Notes: generated by a model from the sequence alone, not told the origin. A DNA stretch of 64,000 bases from Antedon mediterranea (GCF_964355755.1 NC_092672.1:4092001-4156000), one strand, 5' to 3'. Positions 27,022 to 40,523 are shown, counted from the first letter of the stretch. Translations and numbers: made by a program.

Positions 27022-27167
27022 GATTTCACGAACGATTCTCCGATTTCACGAACGACTTTCCGATTTCACGAACGACTTTCCGATTTCACTAACGACTTTC
27101 CGATTTCACGAACGACTTTCCGATTTCACGAACGACTTTCCGATTTTACGAACGACTTTCCGATTTC
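27022..27167. repeat. 20-bp minisatellite (GATTTCACGAACGACTTTCC) x ~7
   Basis: Near-perfect tandem copies. Confidence 0.9.
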
Positions 27168-28922
27168 CGAATTTACAGAGAGTCGCTATTAAAATTAAAT
27201 TCTTTACATGTAACATACAACTTAGTGGGGAAATCCGTGTGGAAAACCATCGAGAAGAAACTGCATGTTTCTTTCTTTGCAGAAGAGACAATCTAACTTC
27301 TGTAATAATAATACGTCACTAATAAAATAAATACCAATTGTCAGCCTACATACATCATGATCAATAGGCCTACATTAAAAAATATATATTATAACATTTC
27401 TTTTTAAAATTATAACTGTACTTAAATATCTTTTTTGGTCTTTTTATAATTACATAATTAAATAAAACTTAATTCAGTTAAAAAAATCTGAAGTATGTAA
27501 AATATTGATAAGTTTTTATAACGTAATTCAGCTGGTAAAAATATTCAGATTACATTGATTTGTAAAAATAGTTTACCCAGTATTTGAATACAATAGATAT
27601 ATAAATATCGACTGTTGTTGGATATCGAAGTTATATAAATAATCTACAATTCCTACAATTAAAATAAACCTCTTGTTGGCTAATTGAATGCAAACAAATA
27701 TTTATACAGTCAGTTCTTTGATCTTATGTCTGGCTGCGACAAATACCAATAGTACTGTACTCTGTACAGTCTCCGCGGCGCGCGGTGTCTGTTTAGGGGC
27801 CGTGAAACTGATTGTGTCGCAGGCACAGATAAACCCTTTGATCTCCGGAGCTCACCTAGCGACATTTACGGAAGGTAGGTGTAAATTAAGTTTATTAGGT
27901 GGAGTTTTAATGCACCGTCGTACAGAACGGATGACAGACTTTTACGCTAACTAATCACACTACCTTCTATGAGGTATCTGAATTTGCATTGGTGAAATAT
28001 CTATTAATTAATATATATATACATGTACTTATTATAAAAATAAATGTCAGTATTAAAGTCTATTTAAACACATTAATATTAACATTAATTTATCAAACAA
28101 AATAAAATATATAAATAAAATTGATATTCATTTTACAAGATTAGCAAAAAGTTAATTCCATGATTATTTACATTCTTTTCTATAAAAAATATTGAAGTAC
28201 TGATAATATCTCACAAATCTGTGTACATTTATAACATTATTTTGTGGCAGTCGATCTATGATTTTAATATATTTAATTTCAGTTTGAAATTAAATACAAT
28301 TTCAAACATTTTAACTTAAATTACTAACATGCGAACATTTCTGTTCCTCAGTTTATCCCATAAAGTTATTTTAGTGATGGTGAAAAAATGTTTTTTTAAA
28401 TAAATTTTGTACAACTTTTATGTATTTTGCATTCTGTTTGGTCCCTAGTACTTGTTCCTGATACATTATAATGCACTTTTCAAAATTGCTGAGCAATATT
28501 ATTATTGTTCATATCTCTCAATTCAAATTCCAAATCCCTTCTATTGCTCACGAATTGCTTGAATTTACCATTATCAACCAGATACAATTTCAAATTTTCT
28601 TTGGTAGTTATTAAATTGTTATTATTCGTATTTGGCAGTTATTAAATTGGAAATATCTAATAATAATAATTATTATTATGTTACTTATTTAAGTTACTTA
28701 AGTACTGTACTTGGAAATTTGATTGATGTAATATATTGTTTGAAGGTTTGCATGGCGAAATCAAATTTTGATATAAAGTTTGCGGTACACCACATATGTT
28801 AGTTCTGAAAGAAACTGTTGAGTTCTTGGATGTTTAGATCAATATACTTTGATCGTTTCTGATTGGTTTGGTCTAAAATTTGAATTCACATGGGTTTAAA
28901 GTGGTTCTTAAAGTTTGCTTTA

Positions 28923-29224
28923 ATGATATATTGTCCCCCAAAAACATAAAAAATAAATATTAATTAAAACAGACTTTGAATAGGCTATTTTTTAGAAAAA
29001 AATGTTTTAACTTATAAAAAAAAAACATAAACAGTAAATTTAACCAAAAATCCATTGGCTGGCAGCCAATTTGACTATTTTTTGCTTCAAATTACAGTTT
29101 TTTCAGGTAAATAATGTTTTTTTTCGATCCAATTTTTTGTCAAAGTGAATAACTATTATGACATAAATAGCATATTCAACAAAAAAAATTTCAAAAGCTA
29201 TATTTTCAGGGGGACAATATATCT
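28923..29224. mobile_element. Kolobok-like MITE family C, inverted copy just 3' of SLC8B1
   Basis: Same TIRs and internal core (reverse complement of AAATTGGCTGCCAGCCAATGG) as 1782-2128. Confidence 0.7.
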
Positions 29225-29452
29225 TTAACTTAAGCAAGCTTCAATAGTATGTTAAAAAAAAAAATTAATCTACAAAAGCGCGTGGCATTGTTTCACCACA
29301 TTTGCTCAAAAAATGCGTGCATAAATTTCTAAAAACCTTTGGTTTACATAAATCCAAAAAAATTAAATCATAAAAAACATCGGTGTATGGAAACGTTTGA
29401 TTACCACACATGTTGAGAAATACTGTTTGTGTTGTATACATACCACTTCTTA

Positions 29453-32400
29453 TCACGCACTTATTTTGTAAGTCCAACATATGACCTTAGTCTCAACAAG
29501 GATGGCAAAGGTTAGAAACAATGCATATAGGATAAAAAGAAATATACTGTAAGGCCGCGAGGCCTTAAACCTTGCTATTAACATGAGGATAAGGGATGAG
29601 ATGAGACTTATCAACAGGAACAATGCCAGTATATCTTGTAGATTCGTGTGCTTGATCTGAAAGTAACAAAAACGATCAACATCAATTTAAAATTACTTAG
29701 TGTACTTACCTATACCACTACGCCAATTATTTCAAAACTACGTAGGGTCACCAAAACTGTTTTTATTTTATTTTATTCAATCGAAACCAACAGTGATAAT
29801 TACCGCCACTAACAGGTTTGATACAAACAAAGCCAGGACTGTTTAAAGCACCTTGATTGGTCCTGACATATATCAAAGGCTTCTCTCGTCCAGTGCCCAC
29901 CTTGACCAGAGGTCTGAGGCAGATACTAGATGCACGGCCTGCCATAAGTCAGCAGTGCTGATTTCAAATGCCTAACGGGATCCCAACTCCGTATACAGCA
30001 CCCGCTATTCCCAGATGGTCTCCTCCCATCCAAGCTCTAACCAGGCCCAACGTTGCTTAACTTCGGTAATCTGACAAGAACCGGTGTTTCAACGTGGTAA
30101 AGCCGTATTGTTTGTTTGGTCTGTCGCGGTTGTTTAGTTGGGACGCATACATGCAAAATCTTTGCGAAGGGTTTGCGATAATCACAATAAGTTCTATTTG
30201 TTATGTCGGTGTTTTTGGGATAATCATAATATGTCAAATTTGTTATTTAGATGTTAATGCTTGGAAAAGTCTTCTGTGTATACAATATTGTATGTATCAA
30301 CTATGCTATTTAAAGTCTACATATATTTTGTATATGTCAAACATGGTATTCAAAAAGTGCATTTTAAAAAGAATGGAATGAAATTGGCTACACCTTTACA
30401 TATAACATATTATAGTCTGTCAAAATAGATAATTAAAAGATAATTCATTATTTCATTTTAGCAGGGGGGGTGGGGGCGTTAGTCCCTTGGATCTCGTGAC
30501 AACGCCTGGTTGTAAACTTACATAAAAACTGCTCTTGACTGCTGCTATTTTAAAAATTGAAGAAAGTCCAATTCCAACGAGCATATCTTAGTAACAATGT
30601 GTAAGGAACTAATACTTATAGATAACAATGATTAAAAGACGTGGAACCATTTCTGTACCCTTGTGAAAATGTTACCCCAGTCCATTCAGTCCCTCTTGTT
30701 AATAACTATGCCAAGCTAACACTACCGATTCAATTAGTTTAATCATAAGAGTGGCTGAAAGAAGATTAAACTATAAAATAATACTTAAAGGATACTGAAG
30801 AAGGGGCCACCAAAGCATGCTGATATGGCCATTCTTGGGAATCCTTGCCGAGCCATTGTAGTATTTGAAATTAGATCTGAAAGAAATGGCAAGAATAACA
30901 AGAAGACTTTCTTACATATCACACACAATATATTATTTAAATTTGACTTTGGATTTTTTCCCCAAAAAACTATCTGAGACTTAGAGAAACTATACTAGAC
31001 TAGAAATACTGATATTAACAAATACAATTCTTCAGTATTATGAACTCTCTAGAAATGAACTAAATAATATTTAAAAACTCTCCCAAACACAGACTATTCT
31101 TACAGATTCAAAAAGTTGTTTTTTCTATTCCCAATGTATTCTTAAAATCAAGTGGATTCAATTCAATAGCATTTACCTTTATATGTGTTATAGTATACAA
31201 ATAATTTTTTTTGTATGCGGCAAGATATTTTTTCAGTAAAAAGTACTATTACACGATCGTTAAATAATATATACTATTGCACGCCACTTGACCCACAATC
31301 ATCCAATCAAATGACAGGAATTTATTTAGATGTTATATAATAATCATAATCTCCATTACCTCCAATACTATTTCCCCATGCCAGTAGCGTTAACCCTAAA
31401 ATAGCATCACTGATTTTGGTTACTGCTCCAAGTGTCTATAAATATCAGCAAAAGCAGACACATAAATATATCAAAAAGTTATATTAATATTACAGTTAAG
31501 GTTTTAAAATTTGCATATTCATAAAATTTAATGAATATTCATGTTACCTGTAGAACATTAACGATTTCATTGGCTATAGTATAAATCCAAACAACAGCTA
31601 CTAAGAAACCAAGATATGCATATGCCTAGAAAAAAATTTAGTTATTATTAGTAAATATATTGTTTAATATAAACATTGGTCTAAAATTAGAGGGAAATAT
31701 TATTTGAGCACTTCTATTTTTAACAAATTAAAATCAGCTGGTTAATATATATGATTCCGTCAACATCATATAGGGTCTTGATTGGCGGGGAGAGACAACA
31801 AGTTCTGAATCTCTATTTAGTGTTTTGTTATTAAATTTAAATTAACTCACAGAATGAAACCTTGGCTGTTTGTTTTGATTTGTTGTAACAAATACTATGG
31901 TTGCTAAGAGAACACTTATACAAAAGACTAAATGCCACAGAAGGAAACCGGAACCATTTATTTTAATACTGTTAACTGAAAAAAGAAACAACATGAAATA
32001 TATTGTTATTGGGGGAGCTGAAAAATGTATAGTACTGTATTATTGTTCATATAATGTGGTGGTGGAAGTAGGAATTTATTGCGAGACTGACTGACTGGTG
32101 AAACAAAATTATACTCTTATCATATAAAATTATTTATACAAACACATTGTTCATTGTTATTAATAATGTAACAATAATTGAATGTACTGTACACATAAAT
32201 TTTAATGAATCAAATCCATAAAATGACAATCTAATCTATATAAAAGATCATTACATCCAACTATTTATACTATAATTAAACATCATATATGTTTCGAAAT
32301 AAAACATTAAAGTGAAGTTTTAGTCTTTTTCAGGGATCTTTCTATAGTCATCACGGATAGACTTTCTTCATCAACGCTTCTATGAATGGATGACTAGTTG

Positions 32401-35400
32401 GGAGCACGAACGCTAGTAGACCAAACCCAGTACATTTTTTATTTTATGATCATTCGAGAAATTACCTCATGACGATTGGGAAAATGTGTGTGTCTATTGG
32501 AATAAATTCACACTTGTATAAATATTGATTAATATTTAAAATCCTCTGTTAACTAAATATTCAAATGTTACTAAACTGAAAGTCATTTATCGAATATGCC
32601 AATTGAAACTATTTTAGCATTTATCAGTGCCTGTCAAGTTATGATATGATATAGAAAATGAAAAATGTACTTTCTGGCGATGATATCCACTCAGCACTGG
32701 AAGTCCCATTCTCAACAACCAACATTTTTCAAAACACTCTTAAAAACCCATCTTTTTTCTTTGTAATTTCTTTTTGTTTTTTCTCTCAGTGCTTTGGGAC
32801 AATCTTCTGATTGTATAAGCGCTATATAAATCAAACAACATTACAGTACATGACATACAGAAATATGTCTATGTAACTCAGTTCCGCCAAATCTATAAAA
32901 CAAAAACAACTTGCCTTGTATAGCAAACACAAAGAACAATGGCCCTAGAACAATGTGTAGTATGTTTAAAGCCTTGTTCCAATTGTGATTGTGGACGTCG
33001 TAATCGACAACCGGTATGGTGATTTGAAGACAGAATTGAATTGGGGCCTAAAAAAAAAAAAATTTTTGTAAATTTGTTTATTGATTATTACACATAATAC
33101 CCTTTTCACATCTGTATAAATTTTAACCAGATATGATCTCTCGAGTTATTACACGTTTTCATACATGCATACACGAACCTTGAGAAATCTCAGGAAAAAA
33201 GCGTTGCTGCATTTGATTACTATTGGTCAGTTTAATACCAAGGCAATACATGCGTGTGCAGTAGGAACTAGGAACATCTCGGAACAAAAACAGGCATCTA
33301 TCCACAATATTGTATTCACACTATACAAACCTGGTTACAAGTTGTTAAATTTTGCACGTGTGAAAAGGGTATAAGTATTCATGTATCTTTGTGACTAATA
33401 GACATATACAGTGAACTTGCTCCATACCGGCCACCTATAGGCTGGCCTAATATGTTTTCTGGAAATTCTGTTATTTAGAATGTGTTTTTAATGGTAAAAA
33501 TGAATTTGAGACATTTTAGACCACAAGAGGTTTGGGATAGTTTCTGGTTTTCATAGTCCGATATTGGAATAGTTACTTATTTTGTGTCAATGCATATATT
33601 GTCCAGAAAAAAAACCCATTTATAAACAAATTTATATGAGTCAAGGCTTAGGCTTCTAATCTGTGATCATATAGCTGTTTTAAGCTTTTTCTACACTATC
33701 AAATTAGTTTGACAAAAAAATACTGCCAAATATGCACAGAACATATCACACAAAACTGAACTCACCTTAATAATCTCATAAATTTTATTAAGGCGTGATA
33801 GATCACCCCATTCCTCTAGGTTGATTGGACAAATACCCTCTAGTAATAAATGTTTCATAGGTTTGTCCACATGTTTCTTTCCACCACCAAGGAGTCTAGT
33901 TAATTCTGAATTGCTATCTGTAAAGTAAAACAAAAAAATTATCTCTGATTTTATATTTTTAATGGTAAAAATAATTGGAAATATTTTTATGCAAGATTAG
34001 ATAGATAAGATTGATAGGGAGCACTGAGGAGATACAAGAGCTATCAAAGATAACTATCGACAAAGGGCGTGTCTCTCCAACTTATTGGTTACCTTGGTTT
34101 TGAGTATTTTGAACTTCAGTGTTGGGGTTGACTGTATGCGGACTTGCGGATCGAGCAATGGTGGAAGACGCCACTAAAATCTGAGTTGCAGTTAAACCAT
34201 CTTAAAAAATTAATTATTTTAGTTGTCATTTTATCTTTTTGGTATGTAAATGATTAATAGATGACAGATAAAAATAATTATGACAATGGATATTAAACAT
34301 ATATTTATATTAACCATAAAATTCCACGTTTTTCTTCACAGATTTGACCTTGATTTGGTCTTGGTGCGGTGGAAATAACATGGCAACTGATCAAGGCAGT
34401 ATGCCATTTAGTTGATTTCCAAGGCCCTTTTTTCAGATCATACAATCTTGCAATTTTTAGTTTAGTAGTTAGTACTACCGCACTCTTTATTCTAAAACGG
34501 AAAACTTACTTCTAATATCAACTGTAGGTCCTCGGCCGTTGTGATGTTGATTTGAGGATGGTTTATTTGGGGCTGGTTGACTTGAGTCCGACTCTGTAAA
34601 TACTGTAGGGTCAGCCAAACTACTATTAATTGCTGTTAAAGTAAACAGTTTCTAACGTATAATGATAATGACATTAAGAATAATGAATGAATTACTCACG
34701 CTATACAGTAAGCAGATGGGTGAAGAATATTTAATTTAGTCCATTGCTAAATGAAAACGCTAAAATATTAAAAGAGTGATTTCTGAATAAGAATAGAGGC
34801 GGCGTGGCACATTTTTAAACAGCTGTAACTTTTAAACTAATGTGAATTTCGAAGTGAAATTTTGGAAATTATCATACAATCTATAAAGGTACATGTGATT
34901 CAATTTTTGGCGAAATCAGAGATGCTGAACATAGAGCCCCTAGTTGATTTGGCACGGAATGACCCAGCAATACGCTGTAGCGACAGTGTAGAGAATCTAT
35001 GGAAACCTTGAGTGATTAGATATAGCACCTAGATGATATGAAGATGAAAAATGATAATCAAAAAAATACAGTTCCCATCCACTAATAATATGTGTAAACT
35101 CGGATGGACAGGCTTTGGATTTCAGGGGCAAGGCCAGTTGTCCCCCGCTTCTTTGTTGATGGGTAGCATGGAGCCAATACTTATTGTGAAAAAGAAATCT
35201 ACATGATCAGACAGATATTGTTTAATACATTATAATATACACATCTCTTTATTTGTTGATAATATATCAACATATATGATAAGAAAATGATAGGCAGTTT
35301 TAATAAACTCAGATTTTAAAAATATTTTAACACAAAAATGAAATTTGAAAATTTACACCCTTACCTCCCGATTCTCGACGACGAAGCGCCTGTCGTTTTC

Positions 35401-38400
35401 TTTGCATTTGGTTGATCTTTCTTCCTACAATCACCACCACAACGTAGAAAGCATACAATGCCAACATACCTAAAACAAAACAAAACTGTTTAATGTCTTT
35501 ATATACCAATCTCAAGCTCGAGGTTAAAGTAATGTCTTCAATACAAGGTATGAACCATGATGATTATGGTCTATTCATATGTCAAATTCCTGATGTTGGT
35601 ACAATGTATATATTATTGTATATTTAAATCAATTGTGTTGCATAGCACTGTGTAAATTATATATAAATCATACTGTCAAATTATAGAAACAGTGCTCATA
35701 TTCGGAACATGATCTCATAATCGCATCGAGCAAAATTTCTCTGGCGGGATTCGAACCTGCGACCTCTCGCTTACAGGGCGAGTATAATACCACTAGACCA
35801 CAGAGCCATATATGGTATTATCACAGATTTTCACCCACCAGATACATTTTCTCAAACAACAAACGCCCTCACAATCAGTGATTGTTTTGTAAGTATGCTA
35901 CCTTTCTAGTTTCCATTACCCATTATATCATTAATATAACATACATTATTGTAATATATTATATACAATAAATTTAATTAAAATACAAATATTTTACCTA
36001 TAGCTGTCTTTAAACTAAGACACTGTTTCCATATTACAAAGTATACCCAATACACTGCAGCCATGTAGAAGATGACATCACGGAGAAAAGGTCGTTCGGC
36101 CATTTTGAAAGGAGACACCCAGGCAATTGCCCCAGTAACTATTGTGGTAACAAAAATCCCTGCACCTAAAATTGATAAAATAAAAATGTTTTGTAATAAT
36201 AACACTGTATATACACTTAGACTGGTATATTTACAGTATGTCACTCAAATAGTAGAAACATTGCTAAATGATCGATAAATGTTATAATCTTACCAAAAAG
36301 AGCACCGAATGCCAAGCCAGCATCGCCGTCATGTGATTCTTTGATTGCCGCCACCAAGCTAAAAATATCTGGAGCTCCATTGCCGAACGCAAGAAATGTA
36401 ACACCCTAGATTATAGATAACTGAGTGAAGGAAGGAGCAACACCACAACCTTACACAACTTTTGATATATTATTTTCTTCAGCCTAAAATTGTGTACTGT
36501 GTTTTTGCTAGAGATGGAAGGTGCCATATATACAGGGCTTACTCTGAGATGTTTCAGACTTTATTAGCCTTATGGAATGACCTATGACCTACCCTAATGG
36601 GTGGTCGGTCATCTGGACCTAGAAACCAGCAAACCTGTTCCCTAAAATTGAATGAGAAAGCATGCCCCAACTTTACAATGTGCACAATGAATTATACGTG
36701 ACCTAGCTAGGTCGTCTGAAATAGAAAGCTCTTTCCATTGTCTGTAATCTTATCTTTATACAAGGTTTTAAAGAATGTATTCAAACAACCAACAATAGGT
36801 AACAAACTGGAACAGGATCTGTAGTATAGTATTCTATACTACGATCATACAGTAAGTTACATTTAAAATTGTGAATAATAAAATAAGTGTCTAAGTCTTT
36901 AAACTGCACAATGTTGATGGGCATAACTTAACAGGGATTACTATAGGGCCTATAGGATTTAATATTAATGTAGGGGTTTTTTGTCATATTTTTTTCAACC
37001 ATGGAAGATTATCTACAAGGCTAAAATATAATATGTTCTTTATAAAAGTTTTTTTAAAAAAGATAAATATAGAAATAAAACAGACAGTAAAAAGGATACA
37101 GCTATATTTTGACTCAGTCTTAGCGTATGTGATATGACATTTAACGAAGGGCAAAAGCTGTAAAAAGAAATAAAAAAACATTTTCAAAATAAATAACATA
37201 AAATACAGTATAATATGTTATTGTAAAATAAAAAATTAACATAAATAATGAACTATTAACATAAATTTCCAAGTTAATTACCGTATTAGTACAATTATAT
37301 AATACAGTTTACAAACAGTAATTGAGTTTTAAAATTGACAATATAAACAATACAAATTTGTATGAGATTTTATATCATATATTTATATTATTTATCATTA
37401 AAAAAAAAAGTCTATTAACGTAAATGTATTAGTTAATTATTAGTACAAATATACACAGTTTACAAACAGTAATTGAGTTTTAAAATTGACAAAATACACA
37501 ATAAAAATTGTTAATTGTTATTAAGACATTATTATTATTATTTTTTAGGAAACTCAAATAAACATATATGCAAAAAAGTAAATAAATGTGAAACACTGAC
37601 ATTTTTAGAGTGTTTAATAAAGTCTCCTCACCCTCCCACCCAACCTTCCTGAAAACAACAAGCTTTTTTCTTAGTGGAGCCATAGAGATATCATAATATC
37701 TCTATGGTGGAGCACATTCAGACCACTTCATTTCATGTTAAAGTTTGGATATTTTCTCTGGTAAACTGGTAAATGTAATTATCTGCTTTTATACTCACTA
37801 ATCTTCTGCTGTGGCTCCAAGAGCTATAAACAAGTACAGGACCCAGCATAACTGAAAAAACAGAAGACATATGTTTAATAATTGTTATGGATAATATACA
37901 GTATATGTTCATTTTCCTATAGCTAAACACTGTAAAAATTAAACCTTTTGAAGAAAAATTGTCCCCGAAAAAGTAATTTAAAAAAAAAAAAATTTTATTT
38001 CACATAATAGTTTTGTTTTTTTTTTTTACCTGGAAAAACTGTAATTTAAAGCAAAAAATATCAAATTGACTGGAATTCAATTTGTTTTTGGTTGAATTTA
38101 ATGGTTTATTGTGTCTTTTTACAAGTGAAAACATTGTTTTTTTTTCTACAGAAGTGATTAACTGGTCTATTGAAATGGCCTATTCAAAGTCTTTTTAAAA
38201 TTATTCTTCATTTTTCATATTTTTGTAGGACAATACACATTTAAAGCTTTTTCATTTTTAATATGAACAAGCACAGTTCAATACCTAACAATTTAAAATA
38301 AATTTTTCTAAATTTTTCTCCATTTACATTTGTTTCTCATTCTAATTAAACTCATAGAAACTCTACAAAGGTCATAAAAAAGAAAATTAAACTTTCGATT

Positions 38401-39792
38401 AGCTACTGCAATTATTAATGTAATTAATACATTTCATTTACCAAAAAAAAGGTGATATGTTTATATTATTATACTCCATAAGAAATAATTGACTTACAAA
38501 AAATAACAATATTGGAATAACATATTTTTCATTAGGTGCTTTACAGTAAATGAATTGAGTATAAGCGATGAAGCCACCATCTGTCTGGCAAGCCGAAAGG
38601 TTTTTGATGTAGTCACAACGCTCATCAAACGGTAATTGATGAAAAGAACGGCACTGCAAAAACAAAAATGTAAAATAGATCAAAAGGAAAGGAGCTTCCA
38701 AATTCAAAGTACTGTTTGATTAATATTGATTAAAAAATATTGGTGATATAGAGTTTTATGATGTTTTATTTTTTAGATATAATTTACCCTTTTATTCCTT
38801 ATACTATCTTCAAAATGTCTATGATACCAAAATAACATTACGATTTTTGTTATTGAGGTGTACATATTTAATGTACTAATTAGTTAACATTACAAGGGCG
38901 AATCTAGCAATTGTATATGAGGGGTGAATTTAGAACAACAGCCTGAGGGTCTGGTTTGAGTATTATAAGAAGAGTGAGGATCTAAATCCTCTTCTGAATT
39001 AGGTAACCTCTTACTTCTATGTCATCATCTTCCTTTCCCAACAATGGTTTGATTGACGTTGCATTTTTTGATTCGCAATAGTCGGTATTCCGGTTGCGAT
39101 TCTTTTCAACTGCACATTGCTACCATCAGAACAAATGTATAAAATTTAAAATAAACTTTTATATATTAAACATGCAATTGTAACTGTAGATCTTCATACA
39201 TTAATATTTATTTCGGCCTACAGGTCTCACTGGAATGTGCGCTTGTTGAATGTAGAAACAGTTTTTTAAATAATTTTCCTATATTGAATTTATTCTCATA
39301 AAAAAAAACCATATTATTTATATTGGCTATAGGCCTAGAAAAGTATTTTAGTAATACAGTATTATATCATAGTCAAAACATCATACTCATAGTCAATAGT
39401 TGACTAGGATTATATCATAGAGATATTATAATATTATATCTCTATGTATGATTGTACTGTATAGTAAGTAAGGTAGGTATTATAATTTTATATAAAGTCT
39501 AAAATATTTTATTAATAAAATATTAAATTATCAATCTTACGTCTGTGTTTTCATTTCCTAACAAAGATTCAATTGAAAGCAAATTCCTGGAAGCAATAAT
39601 GGTATCGACTGTTTTCCGGTGGCGGTATCCGACGGCTCCATCTACCTGGTCGGCTAAACCAAAACGTTTTTCAGCGAAGGTAGGCCTACGATGAGCGTCG
39701 GGGAAAACACTTTTTGTTAGACAAATTAAAGCTAATGTAACTGCAAAAAACGATACTGCTGTAACGCTTTTAATTAAAACTCTTGTCGACAT
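29453..39792 (-). CDS. SLC8B1: Mitochondrial sodium/calcium(/lithium) exchanger NCLX, 17 exons, ~673 aa
   Basis: Minus-strand exons 39541-39792, 38498-38653, 37799-37851, 37100-37157, 36294-36405, 35998-36165, 35365-35469, 34510-34632, 34093-34173, 33766-33917, 32915-33047, 31851-31975, 31548-31625, 31360-31435, 30796-30876, 30522-30586, 29453-29656 keep one frame. Alpha-1 GVTFLAFGNGAPDIFS and alpha-2 LTLLAWGNSIGD are CCX/NCLX signatures; also RPFLRDVIFY and ARQGFPRMAISACFGG. Confidence 0.95.
29759..30110 (-). mobile_element. 5S rRNA-headed SINE (SINE3-type) in the last SLC8B1 intron
   Basis: Reverse complement of 29994-30110 is a diverged 5S (TACGGC.TTACCACGTTGAAACACCGGTTCT...CGAAGTTAAGCAACGTTGGGCCTGGTTAGAGCTTGGATGGG...GACC..CTGGGAATAGCGGGTGCTGTA), followed by a ~220-bp non-5S body and an (AATAA)n tail. 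Confidence 0.75.
30587..30795 (-). other. Second U12-type GT-AG intron in SLC8B1
   Basis: Donor TCA|GTATCCTTTA; branch-like TTCCTTAC (30601-30608) about 14 nt from an AAG acceptor without a pyrimidine tract. Confidence 0.85.
31976..32914 (-). other. GC-AG intron in SLC8B1
   Basis: Donor CAAG|GCAAGT is the only strong phase-1 site that joins FAIQ to VNSIKING in register with NCLX. Confidence 0.75.
33100..33370. mobile_element. MITE with ACCCTTTTCACA...TGTGAAAAGGGT TIRs
   Basis: Terminal inverted repeats visible; lies in an SLC8B1 intron. Confidence 0.6.
35736..35807 (-). pseudogene. tRNA-like sequence (SINE head or tRNA pseudogene; TGT at the anticodon position)
   Basis: GGCTCTGTGGTCTAGTGGTATTATACTCGCCCTGTAAGCGAGAGGTCGCAGGTTCGAATCCCGCCAGAGAA has A and B boxes and an anticodon stem, but the top of the acceptor stem is unpaired and position 33 is C. 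Weaker heads at about 2585-2660(-), 9270-9330(+), 16925-16982(-), 41836-41892(-). Confidence 0.6.
36406..37099 (-). other. U12-type (minor spliceosome) GT-AG intron in SLC8B1
   Basis: Donor GCT|GTATCCTTTT; branch-like TTCCTTCAC (36425-36433) about 20 nt from the acceptor; no polypyrimidine tract. Confidence 0.85.
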
Positions 39793-40523
39793 GTTAATGG
39801 ATTCACATTTAGTACAAAAAAAGAACAAGAAAACCTAAAATATTATATTTATTTTTAGGTCTTGCACCTTCCATTCCGACGGATCATGTGGTTTGTTTTT
39901 GTTTTTATTAGGGCTACCTTGTACCCGTCTTCCGCCCTCTTCGGTGATCATTAGAGCGTATAATATTTTGCCTTCACACACAGGTAAAAAATCTCTCGCG
40001 TGGTGACATTTGAAGAGGAGAGGGTGAGCATTATCTCTATAACAAATGCTTATACAATAATTTAAATCTATTTAATAGAGGTAATTATGTAATAATATAT
40101 GTTTAAGCTCTTGAACAACACAGTGATCCAATTATTATACAAATATAGGCTACGTATGCATCACTTAAAGTTACGCACACATGTTGCCATGGTGCTGTGA
40201 CACACAACAACTAATTTTCTTGATGTTGGTGGTGTTGTCCTATGTATGTTGTCCACAGAATCCGTTGTTGTATGCCTTTTTAGGCCTAGCCTAGTGTACA
40301 AGTAAACTTACTCAAGCCTATAAAAGGGCTAGGTCTAAAGAATTAACTAAAAATAAACTACTGTACATAGTATTCATATCTTGTGAAATTAATGATTGCA
40401 TTGTTGAACAATATAATTTTAATAAGAATACATAATTAATATATATATTTTAATTTTTTATTTCAGGCTAGCCTACTACCAGGCATCATCTTATCAATCT
40501 TATTAACAATAATACATATAAAT
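39793..40523. promoter_or_regulatory. Putative bidirectional promoter SLC8B1/MORN3 with X-box-like site
   Basis: Divergent genes 731 bp apart; GTTGCCATGGTGC at 40183-40195 resembles an RFX X-box; an acceptor TTTCAG ending at 40466 suggests a MORN3 5' UTR intron. Confidence 0.5.

Noticed and set aside
27022-27167. 20-bp direct repeats as CRISPR or iterons
   Set aside because: No spacers; a simple head-to-tail array.
29994-30110. Functional 5S rRNA gene
   Set aside because: Several substitutions and indels, no terminator, and fusion to a SINE-like body and tail.
35736-35807. Functional tRNA-Thr(TGT) gene
   Set aside because: Incomplete acceptor stem, C at position 33 and a T-stem mismatch; better explained as a SINE head or pseudogene.
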